DNA of 58,136 nucleotides, the filler included, from Squatina squatina (Eukaryota): the NCBI GenBank assembly GCA_031763465.1. It is 2 parts of 2 records of this genome, joined end to end, with 100 filler letters (N's around TTAATTAATTAA, not from the genome) between each part and the next. Parts side by side here need not be neighbours in the genome. Positions count along the whole stretch, not along the records: positions 1 to 27,919 come from JARFOE010000233.1; 1 more part is not named here. One strand, written 5' to 3'. The position numbers were made by a program, and so were the translations under genes. Shown in pieces: positions 1 through 11,270 of the stretch. The notes beneath the pieces were generated by a model. The model made no database searches. It was not told the origin of the DNA and was given only the letters and a program-made list of their open reading frames with translations. Within the stretch, counting starts at the first letter, position 1, and every line of letters begins with the position of its first letter.

Positions 1-1261
1 CTGAGGCGTCAGGTTCAAGGTAAACGGTGGTAAATGACAATGGTTCTAGCTGCAAGACACTTTTACAAATGCAAAAGAAAAGATCTGTAAAAATAACTCG
101 AGTGATTTCCTCTTGGTGAACTTTATCTGAAAGCTTACTGCTCACCAACTTATTGCCGCACAGAATCCCATAGACGTTGGGCAGAGAGCTGTGTGCTAAA
201 GTCACGGAGACCAAGTGACCCGTAGTTACGCCCCGAGAACCTTCATCTGTGTTAGTGTCGATCACAGACCATTTAATGCCAGGCATTCAAATTCTATCTC
301 TGCAGCTGCTCAACCAGCAACATCATTATAATAATCTACAGAAAGCTGGATGCCAAACAGTATTGAAGTACCTTGTAATTAAAAAGGTGTATGCTGTATT
401 CAGTGCTGATACTCTCCCCACTTTAACACTTACACACACGTACAAATTTCAAATATACTTCAGCCAACGTCATTTGGCAGAATTACTGCAACCTGAAGCA
501 ATCTTTCTCTATTGCTAAAGATGCAATTATGTGACAAAATTATGAAGGGAAAAAATATTGTTCTACCTCTCAGCCTTTCTTCTGCACACTCCTGATAACA
601 CCACTTTTTACATTCAGCTTCATTTACTTGGCTCTAAGTGGGATAATTGCCAGCCTTGTTTGAAGAGCTGCATCAATTCTTCACTCTTAGGCCCCGTTGC
701 CAGGGTTGCAGCTGCGGAGCTGATCCTTGTCAAAATGCAGCCGTCAGGACAAAGGCCTTCATTATCTTCCTTCAGTGCACACAAACAGCGAGGACAGTGC
801 ATGCCCATGACAAAATGTTCAAACAAGCTCAGCAACTCCATCATCATACATTTGCATATCAATTGCCCAGAGCAGGAGTGTGTGAACATTACCCAGACGT
901 TGACATTAGGAGGGCACATATGTATCATCAGTCACTGTCCCAATTGCTTTTCAGGTTTCAGCTATAGCCGGGGTAGAATAGGGCACTGGCTTGTTGCCAG
1001 TAATATGCTATTAGTCAATTTGAGAACCAATTTTATAGGAAGGTGTAAAGCGATATTACAGCTGAGTTTCCCTACTACAAAGAATTGAAAAAAATGAAAA
1101 TACATCGACTTTAGCTACGGATCTTATATTCCATGAGGCGGGTATGCATTTGAGATGCGTCATATTCATTATAATCCGGACAATTTATAAGACTATACAA
1201 AATCAGAAATTACTGGAAATGCACAGATGTTCAGTCAGTATGCGGAAGAGATCAAAAGATA

Positions 1262-1388
1262 CAAAAGCAAAATACCGCGGATGCTGGAATCTAGAATAAA
1301 AACGGAAAATGCTGGAAAAACTCAGGTCAGGCAGCACCTGTGGAGAGAAAAACAAAGTTAATGTTTCGGGTCGATGACCCTTCGTCAG
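1262..1388 (-). mobile_element. Penelope-like element terminal repeat fragment with a degenerate hammerhead core
   Basis: Same repeat as 49788-49884 and 53037-53110 (GATGCTGG...CAGGCAGCACCTGTGGAGAGAAAAACAAAGTTAATGTTTCGGGTCGATGACCCTTCGTCAG). The minus strand reads CTGACGA-A-GGGTC-ATC-GACCC-GAAAC. Confidence 0.65.
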
Positions 1389-2317
1389 CTATGCCTGCCT
1401 TTTCGTGGGATATGTGGAACATTCTTTGTTCCAGTCCTACTCAGGCCCCCTCCCCAACTTCTTNNNNNNNNNNNNNNNNNNNNNNNNNNNNNNNNNNNNN
1501 NNNNNNNNNNNNNNNNNNNNNNNNNNNNNNNNNNNNNNNNNNNNNNNNNNNNNNNNNNNNNNNACTCTACACAATGTCTAGTGCTCAAGTTACAAAGCAG
1601 CCCTGGCAGCAGTTTGCCAATTCTTCCCCTTGTTTGAGGATCAGCACAGAGTATGAGGAGCAAAGGAATACCCGCTTTCTAATGACAGCTTTCAAACAGT
1701 TGGCAAAGGAAATGGATTCAAGACAACCTTGTGTAAAACCACCCAGTTTAAATTTCTATGCTACATGCACGCCAGACCCACTGGTGCACAGAGAGAGAGA
1801 TGAGAAAGAGTCACATAATGACAGGTGGAATCTGGTCCAGATCAATAAGATTCAAAATGGAATTGCACCTCTTGTGGAAACAACACTCTCAAAGATTGCT
1901 TCCTTGTGCAAATGAGGAAGTGAAGTGAAGTGGAACCATCTTGTTTGTTCTGATTTAGCTTATCAGTTTGCGTCAATTGTTCTCTATAAACTGGGCTGAG
2001 CAAAGAAAAACCATTATCAACAGTACTTAAGAAAATGTTGAAAGAGCTTGATAAAGATCTTCTTTGTGAACCAAAACCCATAATGGAACAAAAAGGAGTG
2101 GAAAATTCAGCATTTTAAAAATGATCCTCAACTTTAAGAGATAGAAATCCATCAACAGGATGTGAAAATCTTACACCTTTGCTCTGCCTCACAAAACTCC
2201 TGAAGATGTGAATAATTGAATGCTTCTAAACTGAAATCGAGGTCCCACAATCCCCAATAAAAAAGACAACCCAAAAGCAAAATAGCAACACCACAATACT
2301 AGAGGTACTTTTACCTT

Positions 2318-2544
2318 GTATCCTGACCCGTACCAAATCCTGTTCACCCATCACCCCCGTGCTCGCTGACCTTCATTGGCTCCCACTCCAACAACATCTC
2401 AAACATAAAATTCTCATCCATGTGCTCAAATCATAGAATCCCTCCAAGGGCACACCTCCTCCCTATGTCTGTAACCTCCTCCAGCCCTACAACCCTCCCA
2501 AGATCTCTGCATTCCTCCAATTCTGGCCTCTTGTGCACCCCGAT
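2318..2544 (+). mobile_element. L2-type LINE ORF2 C-terminal fragment
   Basis: Translates as ILTRTKSCSPITPVLADLHWLPLQQHLKHKILIHVLK, containing the characteristic 'ITPVL..LHWLP' motif of L2 ORF2. Truncated by a gap. Confidence 0.75.
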
Positions 2545-5500
2545 NNNNNNNNNNNNNNNNNNNNNNNNNNNNNNNNNNNNNNNNNNNNNNNNNNNNNNNN
2601 NNNNNNNNNNNNNNNNNNNNNNNNNNNNNNNNNNNNNNNNNNNNCAGGAGGACCCCATTTTAAGCGTAAAGGACTCTCACCGTAACCTAGTGACTAGACT
2701 GGAGTTCTCGAATTTGAACAAAATCAGCTGGCTCAGGGGTTAATTCCCAGTAACCGCAATGGAAGATCCTAGGAGCCAGCTGGTTACAATCTGAAACGGA
2801 ATGCATGTTCACAAAGGGAGGGTAATGAAAATGTTCTAAAAGTAAACAAAACACTCGGGGGGTTTTCCCTTCATTGACGAACATTATTAGCGTGCAAAAT
2901 TCTCGTGAATGTTTAGGCTGCAAATCCATAAGCAATGCCCGGAGAATCACCTCTTGCAAAGACTACCATGGCATTATAGCAACGCCATCATCCTTTCGTT
3001 TTCCTGCAGGAATGAACATCCTCTGCACCTTGATTTGTGCACATGAATGTTTCCTACCTCTGTAAGGACAAACAGTAAGTAAAATGCCCTAAGTGCCTGA
3101 ATGAAGGTTAAGAGCAGTTATTAAATTGGGAAATGTCATCACACATGTTTGGAAAGTCTACCTTACGCAGCGATGTGGACGTCAAAATGCCGCGCATCAC
3201 AAAAACATCATTCTGTTGTTGCATATCATGACATAAATGGTATGTGGATTTCCTATTTTGTCTCCCTTGGTGACCAGGTCACTGCCTCTTCAGTCAAAGG
3301 TTGAATCAAATCACAAGTTAACAGAAGTGCCCCGAAAGCTTAATCGAATTCCCAAAAAGTGAGTGGAATTCCCTTTTATGAAAAGAAACCCTCCGATTAA
3401 GCCCAGAGAGGGTTAATTCAATGGTCTTCCTCACATTCGGTATGGATAAAACAAAAAGCCTACGGGCACATTCCTCGCCAGCTCCAGGAGCAAATGTTTG
3501 GAATGTCCCAGTGTCAGCTCCCCATTGTAAAAATAACAGCAAGAGAAGCAGGGATTGTCTGTGGCAATCACTGTTGCTATGGACTCGTAGTTTCATTTAA
3601 ACAATGTGTGCGCGAGACACCGGAGGAGGAGGGGGGAAAAAAATTCAGATTATGCTGACTGCTAACAAACCCTTAAAGTCAATCCGCAGTCACAAGCTGG
3701 TCTCCACTCAGTACAGTTTAAATCCTGTATGATTGAAGTGAGGCAGCTCAATGATCAAAGGGGATACAATGAAGTTACTCTACGTTGAAAATGTAATATC
3801 TTCAAGTGAAGNNNNNNNNNNNNNNNNNNNNNNNNNNNNNNNNNNNNNNNNNNNNNNNNNNNNNNNNNNNNNNNNNNNNNNNNNNNNNNNNNNNNNNNNN
3901 NNNNNNNNNNNAAGTTCCGAACTTTAAAACCTATTTTACTTACCTCTCAATGCACCATATATCTGCTGATGTTTTAACAGCTAACGTTATGTGACATTTA
4001 ACAATGAGAAAATCTTATCACAGCACCACCAGGTACTACACGTAAATGTTGTTACATCTTTAATGCATTTTTCTAGTGAGGTAAGATGACATATGACTTT
4101 TCAATGTATTTTCAAATGGAATCTTATGAACTACTCAGCAATTTTAATGTGTAATAGACAGCAAGTCAAACAACATTGTTAGAGTTACGGGGTCCTGGTC
4201 AATTAACCACTTCACTCTAGATTTCCAAAATGATTCGACTCGACCCAAACTGAACGACTATGATGGAGAAAAAACAAGCCTCTTCCATTGCTCCAATATA
4301 TTTTACTGGCCCACAACTACAAAAATGAATGCACCACTTGTCAGTGAACAAACTGCAACAAGAATGATACCTAAAGCTTGCACTAGAATCTTTCAACAGT
4401 ACAGCAATGACCAAGTTTTATTATCGTAGTGACAGCCAACCTCAACAACACTTGGGAGGATTTACCCAGAATGTAGGTTGAACTGAGTACACAATAGAGA
4501 AAAAAGAGCAAGTAGGTCAGACACTGCCTCTTGCCTGCAACTTGAAAGTTAATCACTTAATTAATTTTAAAAGAGGTTCAAGATTCTTTATGTATCTCCA
4601 TTTTGGGTTTGAAGTCAGCTGTACATTTTTTTTTGTAAGTGTCTCCTTCAAACCAAACGCTAAAGGACAATAATACAGATTTTGGCAAAAATACATAAAT
4701 GGCCTTATAAATCTGGACCTAACAATCCATTATCAAAACACTAGATACGATGCCCAAAATGCACAGGGGCTCCATCCCTCTGTATTTTGAATCGGCCGCC
4801 TGTGCTTGCAATGTATAGAATCTCGTACCATCGGCAGGTGCCAGTATCTTCCCCAGCAAAACTAAAACCTCCAAATCTAAACTACTTGGTAGGAGATTAA
4901 TTATCAATAAACCGCTTTTGTAAAAAATAGCTGTATTAAGCCAGATTCTCCAACCAAAAATACAACAGCAATTAATAAGAGTGCTTCCTGATGGTTATTA
5001 CAAACAGGAAACAGGCTCAGTAATTCCATTGCGTTGGAGTGTAATGAATACTGTAAGTGCCCCTGCTTCTGGATCATGAACAATGTGACTAATGCCTTTT
5101 CTGAGAGCAAGTGCAAGTCAGTATCCATTTTCAAACAAGCATTTTCAACATAAACTGCAGGTTTCAAAAATAATGCACTTCACATTGAAGATGGCAAAGA
5201 AAAGTCTTTGTGCGGCATCAGAATTCAGTGTTGTAATTAAACAGCTCCATTTCAAGCTTATTGCATTGGCTGGATTCTAAAATCTACTTTATTTCTCCCC
5301 ACTCATCTGTGCTAAGATTATGATTTACTGCCCACTTCTGTGCAGGTTTTTGTGAGANNNNNNNNNNNNNNNNNNNNNNNNNNNNNNNNNNNNNNNNNNN
5401 NNNNNNNNNNNNNNNNNNNNNNNNNNNNNNNNNNNNNNNNNNNNNNNNNNNNNNNNNNNNNNNNNNNNNNNNNNNNNNNNNNNNNNNNNNNNNNNNNNNN

Positions 5501-8500
5501 NNNNNNNNNNNNNNNNNNNNNNNNNNNNNNNNNNNNNNNNNNNNNNNNNNNNNNNNNNNNNNNNNNNNNNNNNNNNNNNNNNNNNNNNNNNNNNNNNNNN
5601 NNNNNNNNNNNNNNNNNNNNNNNNNNNNNNNNNNNNNNNNNNNNNNNNNNNNNNNNNNNNNNNNNNNNNNNNNNNNNNNNNNNNNNNNNNNNNNNNNNNN
5701 NNNNNNNNNNNNNNNNNNNNNNNNNNNNNNNNNNNNNNNNNNNNNNNNNNNNNNNNNNNNNNNNNNNNNNNNNNNNNNNNNNGGAAGAGGGCAGTATTGA
5801 AGAAAATATCTGTCACAGAAAGTAGGAAATACTCCTCCTCTACTACCCTCTTACCGCTGCGCCCCATCAAGCTGCAATGGCCAAAAGAGTTGCTGAATTC
5901 AGAAGCAGTTCCATGCCGTGCACTCCAGTCCACTGGGGCCAAGTCTGACACTGCTATGTTTCAATGTTGTAACATAGCATTCAGCTTACAGCAACTAAAC
6001 CATAGGGCTCATCTCCCATTCCTGCAATGAATTTAAAATACATCTTAAAAAGTTTAAAAAGCACAGCAGGCACAAGTCAACTCAAGACCAAAAGCAAATC
6101 TAGAATTTACACCAGATATGTATGTTACTGTGTACAGATATTTCCTGTCATCTACTGTATATTTTATGTATCAGCAGTCATGACATGAATATTATGCAAT
6201 ACTGCAGAGATTAGAGCTCACCAGAAAATTGCAAAAAAATTAAAACGGGAACGCACAGTGTATGTATTACAATAACATGATGTACCAGGAATTCATTGAT
6301 GACCTAATACATCAGTTCAAAAGGCTTTTATGANNNNNNNNNNNNNNNNNNNNNNNNNNNNNNNNNNNNNNNNNNNNNNNNNNNNNNNNNNNNNNNNNNN
6401 NNNNNNNNNNNNNNNNNNNNNNNNNNNNNNNNNTTCAGTAACACTATAGTGTTCATAAGGACAAGGGCAAGTTTCGAGCCAAGTGATAATTCTTCTCTAG
6501 CTATAATCAGGCCTCCTGTACTGAACAGCAAAGCTGTAAACATAAAGGTGCATCTACCATCAGCTCTAACCTAACATATGGTTTATAACTTCCTGATCAA
6601 CACAAATAGCACGCTAATAATAGCTTTTCTCCAATAGGCACTTCTTTGTAAAAGCACTTCACACATGACTCCCAAAACTCTGGTAACTGATATCATTCTG
6701 CGGGCAGAAATTCTTCCTGTAAAACACTGGACTTCCCCCACATGCATCTCACATTGAGTACTCCTGCTTAAGTTTTCTGGAAATTTCTTGCTTGAACCAT
6801 TTCCTTGTGCCTGCTGAATAATGAGACAGGTTTAATTCTGGCCATCAGTCACACAAACAGCCATTTCCGGGTTTAATCAGGCTCTACCTCTTTTCATGCG
6901 CACACATGGTCGTGATCAGCAGGGTAGATAACACTTTTTTTTAAAAAAACTAGGATTCTCCATCTGCTTGTTCCTCACAGTTGTTCCCTTTTCTCTTGGA
7001 AAAAATAAAACAGATGGCAAACTGGGAAATCATCTTCTAAGTACTGAAAGTGGACTNNNNNNNNNNNNNNNNNNNNNNNNNNNNNNNNNNNNNNNNNNNN
7101 NNNNNNNNNNNNNNNNNNNNNNNNNNNNNNNNNNNNNNNNNNNNNNNNNNNNNNNNATGGACACAGAGGTAGCTGTTTCCTCTGAACCAATAATAGTGAG
7201 ATTGACAACCGTGCACGCATTATATACTACGTCTCACTGTTACAGTATGTGCCCCTGCGGGGCATTATGTACTGTCTCCATGGAGGAAACAACTGGGAGA
7301 ATTGTTTTCACTTAAATGGATTTTCAGGTATTTGCAGTGCAGAACAAAAGCACTGAGCATGTGTGTCGCATACAGAGTAATGAACTGGTCAGAGAGAATG
7401 TACCGTAATACAATATAGAGATTTTGATGATATCATAAGCCAGAAGAATAAAGCCTAAGAAATTAATAATGTCTGAGATTATATGTTGTTCTCCTGCCTA
7501 TTATTTTGACTTGTGGAAATTATTGACTTCTAGTAAATCACCAGTATTTCAAGTTGCTTCACATTTGTATCAAGTCACAGTAAGTGCATGTAACAAATTT
7601 TGTTGGTAAAAGCAAATGCGTGATGTAATGTTCATTTAAAGAGCATGGAGACTAAATGAATAGTCATTATGGTTTTAAGTTAGTCGTACTGGAGTTTTTT
7701 TCAGAAAACTGAAGAACAGATGAAGGNNNNNNNNNNNNNNNNNNNNNNNNNNNNNNNNNNNNNNNNNNNNNNNNNNNNNNNNNNNNNNNNNNNNNNNNNN
7801 NNNNNNNNNNNNNNNNNNNNNNNNNNATATTCTTCGCCAGATGGTGAGGGCAAATAGTTTCAGTGTTCCTACCAATTAGATAATTAGCACCAGATGTCGT
7901 AATATTGCTCTTCTCATGCTAAAGTAATTATACTATACACCAGCATTATTTGAAATGGAATTTATTTCTAGCAACTCTTAAGCATTTAACAGTGGTGTGG
8001 CTAGATAACATTATTGCAAACTATCAGATTCTAAACTGCTAGAAACAACACTGCAACAAAAATAAAGGCAGAATGTGAAGGTTGTACCAAGGCCTCTCTG
8101 AAAGAGATGCAAAATGTGTTTCTCATTTCCTGCTGTGCTCCCTACCATCAAGACCACAGTTTGATTTTCTGAACACATTGATAATTCATTGTTAATAATA
8201 AAATCACATCCACATGGACACATCACAGTGAATAAAAATGCATTGCACACAACATCCTTTAATGTTTTTTGACAAGGCATTGTGTGTATTGGGCATACAT
8301 ATCAGAAACAACTATTAATGGAAACGGCTTCAAGATAATAAAAATGAAAAACTCAACATAATTGTTCATACTTGACAATTAAGGACCATCAACTTGCTTA
8401 TTAGTGTTAGACCTACTAATCTTCTGTCTCTGATAACATAAAATTTTATAAGATTTTTAAGTTATTGTTGAAATGGTAAAAGTTCTTTATAATTGATTTT

Positions 8501-8694
8501 TCTTTCAATTTGCTACTCCTCCCTCCCAGTACTAATTATTTCTACCAGTACATGTCCTCAATTTAAAATGAAAGCCAATGTTTATGGGTTGCCAAGTGTC
8601 AGAATACATAGGCAACAATGCTGAGACTGAGTGGATTTGGAGGCAGGTGTCAGCAATTTGAGATTTGTCTCTTGTACAGACAACAAGGTTTTTT

Positions 8695-8829
8695 ATTAAT
8701 TCTCAGGATGTGGGCGTCACTGGCAAGGCCAGCATTTATTGCTCATCCCTAATTGCCCTTGAGAAGGTGGTGATGAGCCACCTTCTTGAACCGCTGCAGT
8801 CCATGTGGTGAAGGAACTCCCACAGTGCT
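8695..8829 (-). mobile_element. LINE 3' end fragment (shark CR1/L2-superfamily type)
   Basis: GATGTGGGCGTCACTGGCAAGGCCAGCATTTATTGCTCATCCCTAATTGCCCTTGAGAAGGTGGTG resembles a common shark LINE terminus. The minus strand reads STVGVPSPHGLQRFKKVAHHHLLKGN*. Confidence 0.6.
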
Positions 8830-9599
8830 NNNNNNNNNNNNNNNNNNNNNNNNNNNNNNNNNNNNNNNNNNNNNNNNNNNNNNNNNNNNNNNNNNNNNNN
8901 NNNNNNNNNNNNNNNNNNNNNNNNNNNNNTCCTGTGCCTTCCAAATTCGCTTACTAATTTTTTGCCTTTTGCATAGCAAGTAATCATAAATTAGTACATG
9001 TAATATAGGGTACTGTGGAGGCTGAATCATCAATTTTAGTTCTGAAATACAAGATTCCAGTGACAGATGCCTGCCTCTTTCAAGGAATAGGTATGTTTTA
9101 AACAATGTAATAATGGAAATATACATATGAATGGACAAAGTGAAAGAATACCAGAAAACAAGTGATTTATCCCCCAATACTTTATTTTGTATGAACATGG
9201 ATGAAAATGTAACATATACAAAAATATTTCCTGAAAATTCTAAATGCCACAAGTTAAAATGTTTTGAAACATTTTTAATATAAAAAAACAACTGCCTTAG
9301 ATACTATTAACAATGCTTTAGCTGTTACTGTTTAAATAAATGTATTCCTTAATGCTGACCCAGTAATGATTTAATTTGGTTAACATTATCCAATTATGAC
9401 ATGCAGGAAAGTGGGGTTAGGTAATTGAGGCTTATTTATACACTTGCTTGGGTAAAACTGATTAAAACAGAGCAGTCCTGAAGTTTTAGTAGTACAGCCN
9501 NNNNNNNNNNNNNNNNNNNNNNNNNNNNNNNNNNNNNNNNNNNNNNNNNNNNNNNNNNNNNNNNNNNNNNNNNNNNNNNNNNNNNNNNNNNNNNNNNNN

Positions 9600-9757
9600 G
9601 TAGAGATTGTTTGTAGGTGAGTGATGGGGCTGTGGTGCACTGAGCAATGTGTGAGGCATGTGGTGTCAATGGTGGGATTTGGCATTTGATGATGAATTCG
9701 CTCAACTTGACCATTCGTGAGGTCATTAAACTTTTTGCGGCACTGGATCCGGCCTGT
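9600..9757 (-). mobile_element. Harbinger/PIF-type Myb/SANT gene fragment (end of exon 1 plus intron 1)
   Basis: The minus strand encodes [12 protein letters not shown]. Nucleotide similarity to 48360-48515 (same strand) and to 15955-16080 (opposite strand). Confidence 0.65.
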
Positions 9758-9865
9758 CAAGGCCTGGCTTCAATCTTCAAACATCTGCTACATTTGACCC
9801 CATCCCACATGACATCATTGACACTGAGGCTGGGTTTGCGGGCAAAGCACAACCTAACTCAGGCC

Positions 9866-10309
9866 ATGGCTGTGGAGACTACCAGGGAAGAATCTGCTCA
9901 AGCGAGCAGCGACACTATTTTTGGTAAAATCATTTGCAAAGAAATCCCGTACAAGCACCTGTATGAAAACGATAAGGGTATCGCTTTTATTGAGTTTGAA
10001 CCACAAGTTCCAACGCACTTCCTTGTGGTTCCCATGATGCCTATTGTCCAATTTTCCAAAGCAAAAGATTCTGATGCTGTGCTTCTGAGACACCTGATGA
10101 TCGTTGGTAAAAAATGTGCAGCGAAGTTAGGCTTAACAAATGGCTACAGACTCATTCTGAGCGATGGCCCGGACGGTGGACAGTCTGTCTACCACATTCA
10201 CCGCCATGTGCGTGGTGGGTACCAAATGCTTTGGCCACCAGGTTATTTGCCAAGAGAACATTACTTGATCTTTGTAACGCTTAATGTAGTCTCTTATGTT
10301 CTTAAATAA
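9866..10309 (+). pseudogene. HINT1: Intronless HINT1 retrocopy (processed pseudogene or retrogene) with a lost stop codon
   Basis: ATG in GCCATGG at 9866. 126 uninterrupted codons: MAVETT...[13 protein letters not shown]...PTHFLVVP...[24 protein letters not shown]...[26 protein letters not shown] (10244-10246) stands where HINT1 stops, giving a 21-aa extension to TAA at 10307-10309. No introns. Confidence 0.85.
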
Positions 10310-10310
10310 A
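10305..10310 (+). promoter_or_regulatory. AATAAA polyadenylation signal of the HINT1 retrocopy 3' UTR
   Basis: AATAAA lies about 60 nt after the ancestral stop position. Confidence 0.5.
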
Positions 10311-10419
10311 CCCAACATGTTGCGTGCGGAATAATGGTGCGCCAGTCTCAAAACACCATTACTATTTTCTTTCACTGTATCAATTGCTGTAAAGCTTACT
10401 TAATAACTTCAGTTCATAA

Positions 10420-11270
10420 GGAAAAAAAAAAGCAGGGGAGTCAACATAGCAACTGGCCTTAGAGATGGGAGGCGAAGATATGGAGAGTGGTGGCTGAAGT
10501 GGACAGAAGGTGGCTGGGAGTGGCGGATTCGGCTATGGCCCCCCGGGGATGGCCTTTTACCGATGTCAGAACGGTACCTAAACCAATGGAGAGCACGGAG
10601 GGTGTAGACCTCGAGCAATATTTACAGTAAGTTTCTGCCTGTTGCTCACTAATTCTGGATTATCTGATAGAACACTAGGATGTATATAACCAGCACAGTT
10701 TGATATGAGTACTATGGTCACTGTGCCACAGTAAAATATACTTGCATTAGAAGGGGTAGAGAAAAATCCAGAAGACTGATCCAATGCAAGGGAAGACCAA
10801 TGAGAAAAGAATAGCAAAGTTTAAACTTAAGGGGGTAGAGAATACCAACTGTGCAAACTATTAAAACATGTAGATGTCATGTGCGTCCCTAAATTCAAAA
10901 GAAGAACACATGGCAAGAATAAGCCGCGGTGGCTGACTGGTCAGGTACAAAAACAAATAAGAATTAAACAAAAATGTTTTCATAGATTAAAAATAGTTGA
11001 TTCCCAGGAAAACAAAGACAAGTAAAGTGCAAAATTAAAGGAAACAAAAGCTGCTATTAGATCAGCAAAAAGGTTAATGTTAAAGAGGAAAGTGAACAAC
11101 TGTGCTAGCGATGGGGCACGCTTTTTTTAAAAGCCATTTTAGGAGTCAGAGGACCATCAAAGGCTGTATAGGGGCATTGAAAAATTTTCTCAGATAGTTT
11201 AGAAGGGATCTCAGAATGTAGCAGAGATATTAAATGAATATTAAATGCATCAGTGTTTACTCCTGAATGT
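10420..11270 (+). mobile_element. Degenerate CR1 LINE ORF2 fragment
   Basis: Remnants KPRWLT (~10921), KAAIRSAK (~11048) and AEILNEY...ASVFT (~11220-11262). Many stops and frameshifts; the left boundary is uncertain. Confidence 0.55.

Noticed and set aside
558-1088. 176-aa plus-strand ORF with overlapping 102- and 106-aa ORFs
   Set aside because: No recognisable domain in any frame and no convincing exon structure; treated as chance ORFs.
1564-1915. Open frame after the first gap (LYTMSSAQ...IASLCK)
   Set aside because: No recognisable homology. The listed 191-aa ORF is inflated by Ns and starts inside a repeat.
5325-5357. HKNLHRSGQ resembling the LYRM7 N-terminus (FKTLHRTRQ), a gene expected near HINT1
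   Set aside because: Only 11 codons, followed immediately by a stop with no splice donor; insufficient evidence.
10421-10431. A-run as the poly(A) tail of the HINT1 retrocopy
   Set aside because: It lies over 100 nt from the AATAAA and may belong to the adjoining CR1 fragment. No target-site duplication was found.
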